DNA from: Patescibacteria group bacterium
GTDB taxonomy: Bacteria; Patescibacteriota; Patescibacteriia; Magasanikbacterales; JBBTQS01
Length of the DNA: 60,107 nt
NCBI GenBank assembly: GCA_038065555.1
Contig: JBBTQS010000003.1
Coordinates: forward strand, 92,266-152,372
Direction of reading: 5' to 3'
Numbering within the stretch: the stretch's first letter is position 1; each line of letters begins with the position of its first letter. The position numbers and the translations under genes are program-made. This document shows positions 18,767 to 26,806 of the stretch, one piece after another. Under the pieces are notes generated by a model. It was not told the DNA's origin. It did no database searches and saw only the letters and a list, made by a program, of their open reading frames with translations.

Positions 18767-19086
18767 TCAACGCAGGATCCAGAGGTCGGTCGAGCGCGCA
18801 AACGCTCCTCAGCAATAGGCTTCTTGCAATACTTGCAGACGCCATAGGTCTTGTCGTCGATAGTGCTCAATGCCTTCACAATGTCGCGCAATTCGCCTTG
18901 GAGAGTCTCCTCGAGTCGAATATTGGTCTCGTACGTCGCCATTTCCTCAGCATTCTCGTCTTCTTTGGTGCCGTAATCAGGGAATTCGTCAGTAACGGTT
19001 CCTTTGAGCTCGTGTTCGATCTTTGTCTTCATTTCTTCCAGAGAAACCTTCATTTCCTTCAGGAAAGCAGCAGAAAAATGTGCCAT
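18736..19086 (-). CDS. DksA/TraR family C4-type zinc-finger protein
   Basis: Coiled-coil N-terminal region plus the C-terminal finger CKYC-x17-CVEC. Confidence 0.8.
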   Translation of the reverse strand: MAHFSAAFLKEMKVSLEEMKTKIEHELKGTVTDEFPDYGTKEDENAEEMATYETNIRLEETLQGELRDIVKALSTIDDKTYGVCKYCKKPIAEERLRARPTSGSCVECKKTITQEA

Positions 19087-19139
19087 AGGAGTGCGGCTTA
19101 GTGTAGCCTCTAGTATAAAAGAATCAGCGAAAAAGTCAA

Positions 19140-19445
19140 TTAAAAATCAAGAAGGGCCGGACAGTACGCGAGGCCGAAATTAGAAATTTGTGCCTGGTAC
19201 GCCGAGCCCTTTGGGCCACAGTATTTGTTACGTGGACCGATAGCGATTACTGACCGCCAACTATTGGCGAGCACTGACCGCTATCGATTCACTAGATACT
19301 GAAGCTTGGTTCGCTTCTCACCATCCGCTGGTGCTGATCCCGGTGTAGCTCAACCAGCTAGGCTGGGAACTACGAATTGGGGGCACCGGTGTCACTTTCG
19401 TGACGAGACAGTGCGAAGCAAGACGATGATTCGATCGAATCACTA
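19140..19445. other. Hairpin-dense noncoding tract (possible structured RNA or long leader); class not assigned
   Basis: GTCAC-GAAA-GTGAC (minus strand, 19391..19404). Nested CGATAGCG/CGCTATCG (19238..19286) encloses CGCCAA-cta-TTGGCG. ACTGACCGC occurs twice (19249, 19273). A 16-nt perfect palindrome TGATTCGATCGAATCA lies at 19427..19442. Confidence 0.3.
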
Positions 19446-19476
19446 CTCTTTTGATGCGCCGTTACAGCGCGGAGAG

Positions 19477-19615
19477 TGTGACATGTGCAAGTTGTGTAAA
19501 GAACGATCTAACAAAGACACTATACCACAAAAAAACAGTTTTGTCAACTTGATCACATTTGGTGTACGACGTGTGGATAAAACAGTGGATAACTTGTGCA
19601 TACATATGTGTAAAA
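19477..19615 (+). promoter_or_regulatory. Dense cluster of DnaA-box-like 9-mers, including one perfect box
   Basis: TGTGGATAA (19572..19580) is the exact reverse complement of TTATCCACA. Also AGTGGATAA 19584, TGTGCATAC 19595, TGTGTAAAA 19607, TGTGACATG 19477, TGTGCAAGT 19484 and TGTGTAAAG 19493, all in the same orientation. Confidence 0.35.
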
Positions 19616-19640
19616 CCTGTGATCTTTGCTCAACTTAGCA

Positions 19641-19676
19641 AAAACGAAACCGCTAGATGTGTGGACATCTAGCGGT
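19641..19676 (-). terminator. Terminator of the 19704..20192 gene
   Basis: 12-bp stem ACCGCTAGATGT/ACATCTAGCGGT with a 4-nt loop, followed on the minus strand by TTTCGTTTTT. Confidence 0.6.
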
Positions 19677-19703
19677 CGTGTTCGGGTTGGTCTCGCTTGG
19701 CGG

Positions 19704-20192
19704 CTACTTCAGCGCGGCCCGGAGTGAGCGCTCCATTCGCTCGACACTCTCCTCGGTGAAGTAGAGGAAGTAGCAGTCTCCGCGCAGGAACTTCATGATG
19801 GGGTTGGACTCAAATGCACGTCGGTACTGGAGCAGTGGCGGGGTGTCGGCGACCACATGCTCTCTGCCACCAGTTGGGTTCATTCGGCCCGCGTTCCAGA
19901 GAACGATGGTCGTATGGTAGGTTCGAGCGAAGTCACTGAATCTGATTGGTTCCCATCCCGTGTTGCGCGCGACTGCGTAATTGAACATGAACCGTGCGAG
20001 CTCCTCAGACTCGGCATTGTAGAACGTGCCCTCGAATAGAAGATCTGACCGCTCCACCCCCTTTCCTCGGAGCATTTGGGTTCTGAGCGCCTCGAGTGCG
20101 GACGGTCTGGGGAGCTCGGGTTTGTCCTGGGTGAGCGGGAAGTACTTCACGGATGCGAAGATTCTCGGGTGTTCATCGTGAATGAACGACAT
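19704..20192 (-). CDS. Hypothetical protein, 162 aa, GC3-rich
   Basis: AAGAGAGG RBS, its own promoter and its own terminator; no recognisable motif. Confidence 0.7.
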   Translation of the reverse strand: MSFIHDEHPRIFASVKYFPLTQDKPELPRPSALEALRTQMLRGKGVERSDLLFEGTFYNAESEELARFMFNYAVARNTGWEPIRFSDFARTYHTTIVLWNAGRMNPTGGREHVVADTPPLLQYRRAFESNPIMKFLRGDCYFLYFTEESVERMERSLRAALK

Positions 20193-20239
20193 GGTGCGGA
20201 CCTCTCTTAGATTGTTGTCGAACGGTACGGCAACATGGG

Positions 20240-20268
20240 ATGGTAGAGTAGTCTGCTACTGTTGTCAA
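20240..20268 (-). promoter_or_regulatory. Sigma70-like promoter of the 19704..20192 gene
   Basis: On the minus strand, TTGACA (20268..20263), a 17-nt spacer, then TACCAT (20245..20240). Confidence 0.4.
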
Positions 20269-20280
20269 TCATAAATACAC

Positions 20281-20306
20281 AAAACCCCGCCTTTTGGCGG
20301 GGTTTT
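20281..20306 (-). terminator. pnp terminator
   Basis: AAAACCCCGCC-tttt-GGCGGGGTTTT, with a T-run on the minus strand. Confidence 0.7.
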
Positions 20307-20324
20307 GGTTGTGCGACATTTGGA

Positions 20325-22559
20325 CTAGTAGCGAGGGCGACCACCTGGTCGGCCACCGCCAAATCCGCCTGGGCGGGATGGGCGTGGTCCGCGGTCTTCG
20401 CGTGGCTGCTCCACATAACCTTCTGGTTTTGGCTTGAGAGCCTTCATGGAGAGGTTGACGCGACCCATTTGGTCGATTTCCTTTACGAGCACTTTCACTT
20501 CGTCGCCGATCTTCAATACGTCAGATGGGCGATCGATGCGGCGCCAGTCGATTTCGGAGACGTGAACGAGACCGTCCTTGTTAGGGAGCAAGTTCACGAA
20601 TGCGCCGAAGTCTTCGATGCGGACAACCTTACCAGTGAAGGTTTCGCCTGCTTCTACTTCGCGTACGATGTTCTTGATGATGGTGAGCGCCTGTGCCATG
20701 CCTGCAGCGTCGCTGCTGGTTACCATGACGCGGCCGTCTTGCTCGATGTCGATCTGTACACCAGTCTTGTCGATGATTTCGTTGATTACTTTACCGCCAG
20801 GTCCGATGACTTCGCGGATCTTGTCGACTGGGATCATGATCGTCTCGATGCGTGGTGCAAATGGAGACAAGTCAGGGCGAGCGGCTGGGATCACTGCTGC
20901 CATCTGGTTGATGATGTCCATGCGACCATCGCGTGCTTGTGCAAATGTCTGTGCAATGATCTCTGGAGTCAGACCATCGGTCTTGGTATCCATTTGGATC
21001 GCGGTGATTCCATCACGAGTTCCTGTGATCTTGAAATCCATACCGCCGTCGCCGTCTTCGAGATCCTGCAAATCAGTGAGCACCTTCCAGTTGCCGTGTT
21101 CGTCAGATGCGAGACCCATGGCAAGACCAGCAACGTGCTTCTTGATAGGTACGCCGGCGTCCATGAGTGCGAGTGTGGAACCACATGTCGAAGCCATGGA
21201 GCTGCTGCCGTTGCTGCCAAGGACTTCAGATACTACACGGATCGTGTATGGGAATTCTTCCTTTGGTGGGATGAGATATTCGAGTGCACGTTCAGCGAGA
21301 GCTCCGTGGCCGATTTCGCGGCGGCCTGGTCCACGCATTGGTTTCACTTCGCCTACAGAGAATGGAGGGAAGTTGTAGTGGTGCATGTAGCGCTTCTTTG
21401 CGTCGAACTCCATGGTGTCGAGTGTTTGCTCGTCTCCAGGAGATCCGAGGGTGACGATCGAGAGTACTTGGGTTTCGCCACGCATGAAGTGACCGGTGCC
21501 GTGAGTGCGGGGGAGAATACCGACTTCGATCTTGAGTGGGCGAACTTGTGTGAGAGATCGGCCGTCGATGCGAACACCCTTTTCGAGAATGGCTCGGGTA
21601 GCTTCGGCGTCAACGATGTACTTCACCTGCGCGAGTGCGAATGAGAGCAACTTTGGATCAGTATTTTCTGCGATGAGATGCTTCTCGAGTTCTGCGGCCA
21701 TAGCAGAGAACGCAGCTTTGCGTTCATGTTTGTAGGACTTCGGACCACCGCTGAACATGTGCTTGTCTGCAATCGAGTGCATGAATTCTTGTGCCTTCTT
21801 GAGCACAGCGAGACGTGCTTCGCGATCTGCGATCTTCTCTGGAGAGAGCTTGGCTGTTGGGTCGCGCTTGACTACACCGAGCGCTGCTTGGATTTCGGTG
21901 ATGAACGCAACGATTGGCTTGAGTTGTTCGCGTGCGAGATCAACAGCGGTGATCATGTCTGCCTCAGATACTTCGCGAGCACCTGCTTCGATCATGGTTA
22001 CCTTGGTGTCAGATCCTGCGACAAAGAGATCGAGTGTTCCTTCTTCGCGCTGCTTGTACGATGGGTTGACGATCCACTCGTTGTTCACGCGGCCGATGCG
22101 AACACCACCGATAGGTCCGCGCCATGGAATCTCAGAAATCGTAAGTGCGACCGATGCTGCGATCATGGATGCAACATTCGGATCGCTCTCTTCGTCGAGC
22201 GAGAGTACGGTGAGCACGACCTGGAGGTCGTTGCGCATCAATTTGTCGAAGAGTGGGCGGATCGAGCGATCAACAAGACGACCAGAGAGGACTGCTTCGT
22301 CTGTTGGGCGGCCTTCACGCTTGATGAAACGTGAGCCTTTGATCTTGCCGGCTGCGTAGAGACGCTCTTCGAACTCCACCATGAGAGGGAAGTAGTCGAT
22401 CTCGTCGCGCACATTGTCACTCATACACGCTGTTGCAAGAACAGTGGTATCGCCGTACTGCACGGTGCAGGAGCCAGATGCCTGTTGCGCGAATCGTCCC
22501 ACCTCAACGGTGAGCGGACGACCGGCCCAGGTTGTTGTAAACCGTTTGGTTTCCATCAT
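20325..22559 (-). CDS. pnp: Polyribonucleotide nucleotidyltransferase (PNPase)
   Basis: 744 aa with two RNase PH domains, a KH domain and an S1 domain (GETFTGKVVRIEDFGAFVNL). The C-terminal tail PRPSRPGGFGGGRPGGRPRY is Arg/Gly-rich. Confidence 0.97.
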   Translation of the reverse strand: MMETKRFTTTWAGRPLTVEVGRFAQQASGSCTVQYGDTTVLATACMSDNVRDEIDYFPLMVEFEERLYAAGKIKGSRFIKREGRPTDEAVLSGRLVDRSIRPLFDKLMRNDLQVVLTVLSLDEESDPNVASMIAASVALTISEIPWRGPIGGVRIGRVNNEWIVNPSYKQREEGTLDLFVAGSDTKVTMIEAGAREVSEADMITAVDLAREQLKPIVAFITEIQAALGVVKRDPTAKLSPEKIADREARLAVLKKAQEFMHSIADKHMFSGGPKSYKHERKAAFSAMAAELEKHLIAENTDPKLLSFALAQVKYIVDAEATRAILEKGVRIDGRSLTQVRPLKIEVGILPRTHGTGHFMRGETQVLSIVTLGSPGDEQTLDTMEFDAKKRYMHHYNFPPFSVGEVKPMRGPGRREIGHGALAERALEYLIPPKEEFPYTIRVVSEVLGSNGSSSMASTCGSTLALMDAGVPIKKHVAGLAMGLASDEHGNWKVLTDLQDLEDGDGGMDFKITGTRDGITAIQMDTKTDGLTPEIIAQTFAQARDGRMDIINQMAAVIPAARPDLSPFAPRIETIMIPVDKIREVIGPGGKVINEIIDKTGVQIDIEQDGRVMVTSSDAAGMAQALTIIKNIVREVEAGETFTGKVVRIEDFGAFVNLLPNKDGLVHVSEIDWRRIDRPSDVLKIGDEVKVLVKEIDQMGRVNLSMKALKPKPEGYVEQPREDRGPRPSRPGGFGGGRPGGRPRY

Positions 22560-22624
22560 ACTAAGGGATTATTGATAAACAAAAGCCAGGTTCGCATGAA
22601 TCTGTGGGTATAAGTCTTCGATTA

Positions 22625-22672
22625 TCCTGGAGTGAAGAAGCGTGAGACTTCATCGATCCATGCACCCCAGGA
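22625..22672 (-). promoter_or_regulatory. Stem-loop in the pnp 5' leader
   Basis: 10-bp stem (minus-strand RNA UCCUGGGGUG...CACUCCAGGA, one G-U pair) enclosing 28 nt, between the NYN gene stop and the pnp ATG. Confidence 0.4.
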
Positions 22673-22689
22673 CAATGTTCTTCGTGTGA

Positions 22690-23376
22690 TTATGGTTTGT
22701 CAGTCATAGGAGGTTCTTGGGTTGTTCTTGCTCGTGGAGGTGCGCCAGCGCTAGTGCGGCGAGGTGCGCGTTCTGCACGGTTGTTATCACGAATGAGGAA
22801 CATATTCTGATCTCCGGAAAGATCAGTGTAGCAATCAGCAGCTTCTACAAGACGTGTCGAAGTGGTTTCGCGGAAGGACATGACTTCGACTTGGCGGCCA
22901 CGGTTCTGGAGATATTCAACAAGTGGGAGATAGTCGCCATCACCTGAGACGAGAATTACTACGTCGAGTAATTCTGCGATACGAATTGCGTCTACGGTGA
23001 TACCCACATCCCAGTCAGCCTTCTTGTTGCCGCTGAAGTATGTCTGGAGATCGCGCTCGCGGGTCTCGAGTCCTTGGTTGTAGAGCGCTTCGAAAAATGG
23101 CTGCTCTTCGCCAGACTCAGTGCGAACAACATAGGCGATAGCGCGGATGAGTTGGCGACCAGCAACACCTTCTTTCACTACGTTGCCGAAGTGACACTTG
23201 GCGCCGAAGAGATTCTTGGCGCTGTAGTAGAGGTTCTGGATGTCGATAAATACACCAACCCGCTGATGCGGGTGCTTCAGCGGGTGTGCAGCAGGAGCTG
23301 CGGTTTGCGGAGTCCGCTTAGGACTCTGGTTCGGTGTCGTGATCGGCATCTTCGAGGAGCTTAGAATCATCTTCAA
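22690..23376 (-). CDS. NYN (LabA/DUF88-like) domain protein
   Basis: [17 protein letters not shown]...[12 protein letters not shown]...[26 protein letters not shown]. The start is uncertain (M1 or M10), and the gene overlaps the rpsO 3' end. Confidence 0.75.
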   Translation of the reverse strand: MKMILSSSKMPITTPNQSPKRTPQTAAPAAHPLKHPHQRVGVFIDIQNLYYSAKNLFGAKCHFGNVVKEGVAGRQLIRAIAYVVRTESGEEQPFFEALYNQGLETRERDLQTYFSGNKKADWDVGITVDAIRIAELLDVVILVSGDGDYLPLVEYLQNRGRQVEVMSFRETTSTRLVEAADCYTDLSGDQNMFLIRDNNRAERAPRRTSAGAPPRARTTQEPPMTDKP

Positions 23377-23659
23377 AATCTTGCATGTTCTTCGCTGTCT
23401 TGAGCTTGAGCTTCTTGCTCAAATCTTCCCAGCTCTTCTTGTTCTCGCGCTGCAAGAAGCGGAGAAGACGGCGGCGCTGACCTACTTTGCGCAAAAGACC
23501 GCGGCGGGACGAGTGGTCCTTCTTGTGGATCTTCAAGTGCTCGATGAGTTCGTTGATCTCCGCAGTGAGAATCGCGATCTGCACCTCAGAGCTACCTGTG
23601 TCACCAGCGTGGGTCTGAAATTTCTTAATAATGCGTTCCTTGGCCTTTTGGTCCAACAT
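23318..23659 (-). CDS. rpsO: 30S ribosomal protein S15 with acidic C-terminal extension
   Basis: ...[53 protein letters not shown]... is a typical S15 core. An extra ~25-aa tail follows (...[21 protein letters not shown]). Confidence 0.9.
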   Translation of the reverse strand: MLDQKAKERIIKKFQTHAGDTGSSEVQIAILTAEINELIEHLKIHKKDHSSRRGLLRKVGQRRRLLRFLQRENKKSWEDLSKKLKLKTAKNMQDFEDDSKLLEDADHDTEPES

Positions 23660-23785
23660 ATGTGCGTTCTATTCAACGAGGCGGCGCAGTGCACATACCG
23701 CGAGCCACGTGTAAATTAATGGGTGAACTATAGCAGAATCTGTGGTTTTGGTCAAATACTTTGGTTTTGCGTATGATGGGGGAAT

Positions 23786-24568
23786 ATGAAACACCTTCAT
23801 GAGCTTGCTGGAGCGCATTCTTCCCATGTACAACTGGTAGACATTGATGGGGTCAAGTGGGTGCTCAAAACTGCAAATCCTGTTGAAATTGTGAATGAAC
23901 ATTTGTTTTTTGAGGTTGCGAAGGCTCATGGGATGCCGGTGCTGACGGTACTTGATGCTCCTGATTTGGCGGCTAATCAGATCCTTCTCTCTTATATTGA
24001 TGGCTCGCCCACGGTGGGAGACAATCTTTCGCAAGAGACGTGTCGTGCGTGGGGTGCAGCTGCTGGTGCTCTGCATCGTATCTCACATACAACTGCAGCA
24101 GTACTTACGTTGCATGGTTTGGAGTCGGTGCAGTGGAAGCATTTTGTACAAGGACAGGTGGCCGAGGCTACTCTGCGTGCGAAGGAGAAGAGAAGCGACT
24201 TGCCAGTTGAGCAGATACAACAGGCACTGCGGGAATTAGAAGAGCATGTGCCGACACGGTATGGATTGCTGCACGGCGACATGCACAGCAATAACGCATT
24301 AGTTGATCATGATCGTGTGATTTTGTTTGATAAGGCGTCGGATATTTTTTATGGAGATCCGTTGTTTGATTTGGCCTTGGTCATGATTGAGCTCTTTGGG
24401 GAGCCTGAGTTGCTTCGTGCATTTTGTGAGGGGTATGGGAGTGATTTTGTACGTGAGGGTGGGAAGGTTTTGAACCACTATATTTTGTTGCGCGCGTACA
24501 GTCGCCATCCTAACCCATTCGAACCGCAAATTCCGCAGGTGGTGGCTCAGATTCTGGAGACGATGTAG
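23786..24568 (+). CDS. Phosphotransferase (APH/choline-kinase-like) family protein
   Basis: Catalytic loop HGDMHSNNALVD and downstream DKASDIFYGDPLFD. Confidence 0.7.
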   Translation: MKHLHELAGAHSSHVQLVDIDGVKWVLKTANPVEIVNEHLFFEVAKAHGMPVLTVLDAPDLAANQILLSYIDGSPTVGDNLSQETCRAWGAAAGALHRISHTTAAVLTLHGLESVQWKHFVQGQVAEATLRAKEKRSDLPVEQIQQALRELEEHVPTRYGLLHGDMHSNNALVDHDRVILFDKASDIFYGDPLFDLALVMIELFGEPELLRAFCEGYGSDFVREGGKVLNHYILLRAYSRHPNPFEPQIPQVVAQILETM

Positions 24569-24626
24569 TACTGCAACATTGCGTGACAAGATGTGGTGTC
24601 GTACAATACGGACAAAGATCGATTGT

Positions 24627-25592
24627 ATGGGGGAAAAGAAGTCGGCGTTGTCGCGGTATATCCGCGAGTTCCTGGAATATTGTGAAATTGAGCGTGGGCG
24701 GTCACCTCGGACCGTGCGTAATTATGATTTTTATTTGTCGCGGTTCGTAGAGTGCGTGGGGGACAAGGATCCGGGCGACATTACGGGCGATATGGTGCGC
24801 ACGTATCGGTTGTGGCTCAACCGACTAGTTGATGTACATGGTGAGCCGCTCAAGAAGAACACACAGAATTATCATTTGATTGCGTTGCGGTCCTTCCTGA
24901 AGTATTTGTCGAAGCGCGATGTGATGACATTGCGGTCGGAAAAGATTGAGTTGGCGAAGATGCCGGATCGTGAAGTGTCGTTTCTCGACGGTAATGACTT
25001 GGAGCGTCTGTTGTCTGCGCCTATTAAGGATGCGCATGGGAATATCATGGATCAAGGGCTCACACTGACGCAGTTGCGTGATAAGGCGATTGTGGAATTA
25101 CTCTTTTGCAGTGGGTTGCGTGTGTCTGAACTCGCGCATCTGACGAAAGAGAGTGTGAATCTCAAGCGTGATGAGTTCACGATTCGTGGTAAGGGTGGGA
25201 AGTCGCGTATTGCGTTCATTTCTGAGCATGCGCGGTTCTGGCTCAAGCGGTATCTCGATGCGCGCAAGGATATGAATCCGTTTCTTTTTGTTTCGCATGA
25301 TCGTGCGCAAAAGGCGAAGACGCGCGCGGACAAAGATGCGTTGCCTGTGTCGGAGCGTTCGATCCAGCGCATTATCGAGAACATGGCGCGTGCAGCGGGG
25401 ATTACCAAGCCGGTGACGCCGCATACGCTGCGCCATTCGTACGCGACAGATTTGTTGCGCAATGGCGCAGACATTCGATCTGTTCAGCACATGTTGGGTC
25501 ACAGCTCGATCACGACAACGCAGATCTACACGCACATTACCGATGCGGGATTGCGTGACGTGCATAAGAAATTCCATCGCAAGTCCAAGTAA
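24627..25592 (+). CDS. xerC: Tyrosine recombinase XerC/XerD
   Basis: N-terminal core-binding domain, then catalytic R...HTLRHSYAT...GHSSITTTQIYTH. Confidence 0.9.
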   Translation: MGEKKSALSRYIREFLEYCEIERGRSPRTVRNYDFYLSRFVECVGDKDPGDITGDMVRTYRLWLNRLVDVHGEPLKKNTQNYHLIALRSFLKYLSKRDVMTLRSEKIELAKMPDREVSFLDGNDLERLLSAPIKDAHGNIMDQGLTLTQLRDKAIVELLFCSGLRVSELAHLTKESVNLKRDEFTIRGKGGKSRIAFISEHARFWLKRYLDARKDMNPFLFVSHDRAQKAKTRADKDALPVSERSIQRIIENMARAAGITKPVTPHTLRHSYATDLLRNGADIRSVQHMLGHSSITTTQIYTHITDAGLRDVHKKFHRKSK

Positions 25593-25593
25593 T

Positions 25594-26496
25594 ATGCCAA
25601 CTGACCGGATGCGTGTCTCTGTAGTGGTGCCTGCGTACAATGCGGGTGAGCGGCTCATGCAGTGTGTGGGTTCGATCATGATGCAGACCTATCCTGCGGC
25701 GGAGATTATTGTTGTGGACGATGGAAGTGTAGACGAAACTGCATCGTACGTAGATACTGCGTCCTCGGCTGGTCGAATTGTTGGAGTACATATTGTGCAC
25801 GCGGGTAGATCTGCGGCGCGTAATGCTGGTATTGCAGTTGCGCGAGGTGAAATTATTGCATTCATAGATGCCGACTGTGTCGCAGAGCCTGATTGGTTGG
25901 CGCATCTTGTCGCAGAGTTCACTGATGAGAAAGTGGTGGGAGTAAGTGGACGTGTCGTATACGGCGCGTACGGATATGCACCTGCATATTATGAGCGCGT
26001 GGTGGAAAATCCAGATGCTTCGTGGCCCATGTCTGGTAATTGCGCGTATCGCGCGGAGATTTTGCGGATGATCGATGGGTTTGACGAAACATTTGATCGC
26101 TACGAAGACAAAGAGCTTGCGTTGCGGGTGTGGCACTTCGGTGAGATTGCACGTGCGCCACGTGCTGTGGTGTTCCATCAGGTGACGGGGCAGGTCTGGC
26201 CAGATCTTGCGTACGCAGATTCGTCTGCGGCGTGGGTGCGGCTTGCGCGTCGGCATGCATTGTCGCGTGATCGGAATAATCCAGCACCAATGTGGGGACC
26301 GGTGCTCATGCCACGTAAGTACGGAGCGCTTGTGAAGCGTGTTGCGCGTTTGCCATGGACACTTCGTGCGCGCAAAAGTCCGGATGCGCATGTGCGTGCT
26401 CGAGCTGCGTGGGAGTTGCGATGGATACGATTTTTGTTGGCGGAACGCGCAGCGATTTGGCGTGCGGCGTTGCGCGAACGGGTGTTGATTGTGTAG
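25594..26496 (+). CDS. Glycosyltransferase family 2
   Basis: VSVVVPAYNAGERL...IIVVDDGSVDET...FIDADC (GT-A fold with DxD). Confidence 0.85.
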   Translation: MPTDRMRVSVVVPAYNAGERLMQCVGSIMMQTYPAAEIIVVDDGSVDETASYVDTASSAGRIVGVHIVHAGRSAARNAGIAVARGEIIAFIDADCVAEPDWLAHLVAEFTDEKVVGVSGRVVYGAYGYAPAYYERVVENPDASWPMSGNCAYRAEILRMIDGFDETFDRYEDKELALRVWHFGEIARAPRAVVFHQVTGQVWPDLAYADSSAAWVRLARRHALSRDRNNPAPMWGPVLMPRKYGALVKRVARLPWTLRARKSPDAHVRARAAWELRWIRFLLAERAAIWRAALRERVLIV

Positions 26497-26508
26497 GATG
26501 CTCATATT

Positions 26509-26580
26509 GCCCCTGTAGTTCAATGGATAGAACACGGGACTTCTAAGCCTGATATCTAAGTTCGATTCTTAGCGGGGGCA
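26509..26580 (+). tRNA. tRNA-Arg (TCT), no encoded CCA
   Basis: GCCCCTG / GTTC-AATGGATA-GAAC / anticodon loop CTTCTAA / CTAAG-TTCGATT-CTTAG / CGGGGGC-A. There is one A-G mismatch at the base of the anticodon stem. Confidence 0.8.
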
Positions 26581-26730
26581 CATTCCTTATTATTTCCGAG
26601 GGTACAACATCGATCCCCCTAACCGGGGTATCGTGTCTCGTTCTCGGTCAGCCGGATGCGTATCAACGCCTCACGGAATTTTTTGCTTACCGGCTGGCCT
26701 CCGAAAGCCCCTCGGAAATAATAAGGAATG
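26581..26730 (+). repeat. 150-nt element closed by a perfect 22-bp inverted repeat, directly abutting the tRNA-Arg 3' end
   Basis: CATTCCTTATTATTTCCGAGGG (26581..26602) pairs with CCCTCGGAAATAATAAGGAATG (26709..26730). Internal helices are CGATCCCC/GGGGTATCG and GGTCAGCCGG/CCGGCTGGCC. Confidence 0.5.
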
Positions 26731-26806
26731 TTTGGGTTACCTATTCGCGGGGGTTGGTAAAAGCTTTGCTTTTACGGCACTGCAAAATGGAGTAGGATAG
26801 GAGTCT

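Noticed and set aside
19306-19638. Full-length 110-aa ORF (TTG start) across the structured intergenic tract
   Set aside because: The N-terminal two-thirds runs through hairpin-dense, palindrome-rich sequence with no RBS. Only the last 51 codons (ATG 19483) are even arguable, and they are reported as an alternative reading in a finding.
19100-19700. Assignment of the structured tract to RNase P RNA, tmRNA, SRP RNA or a cobalamin riboswitch
   Set aside because: I could not find GAGGAAAGUCC or ACAGAA..CGGCUUA P4 strands in a sensible arrangement. I also found no GGUUCGA-type T-arm with a CCA end, no GGAA-capped SRP domain IV and no B12 box. The CGGCTTA at 19093..19099 is just the dksA-like RBS region on the other strand.
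20262-22359. Long plus-strand ORFs (460, 266, 218 and 200 aa) inside pnp
   Set aside because: All are antisense to a PNPase gene that can be called with confidence. Their compositions are Cys/Trp/His-rich or Ser/Arg-rich and not protein-like.
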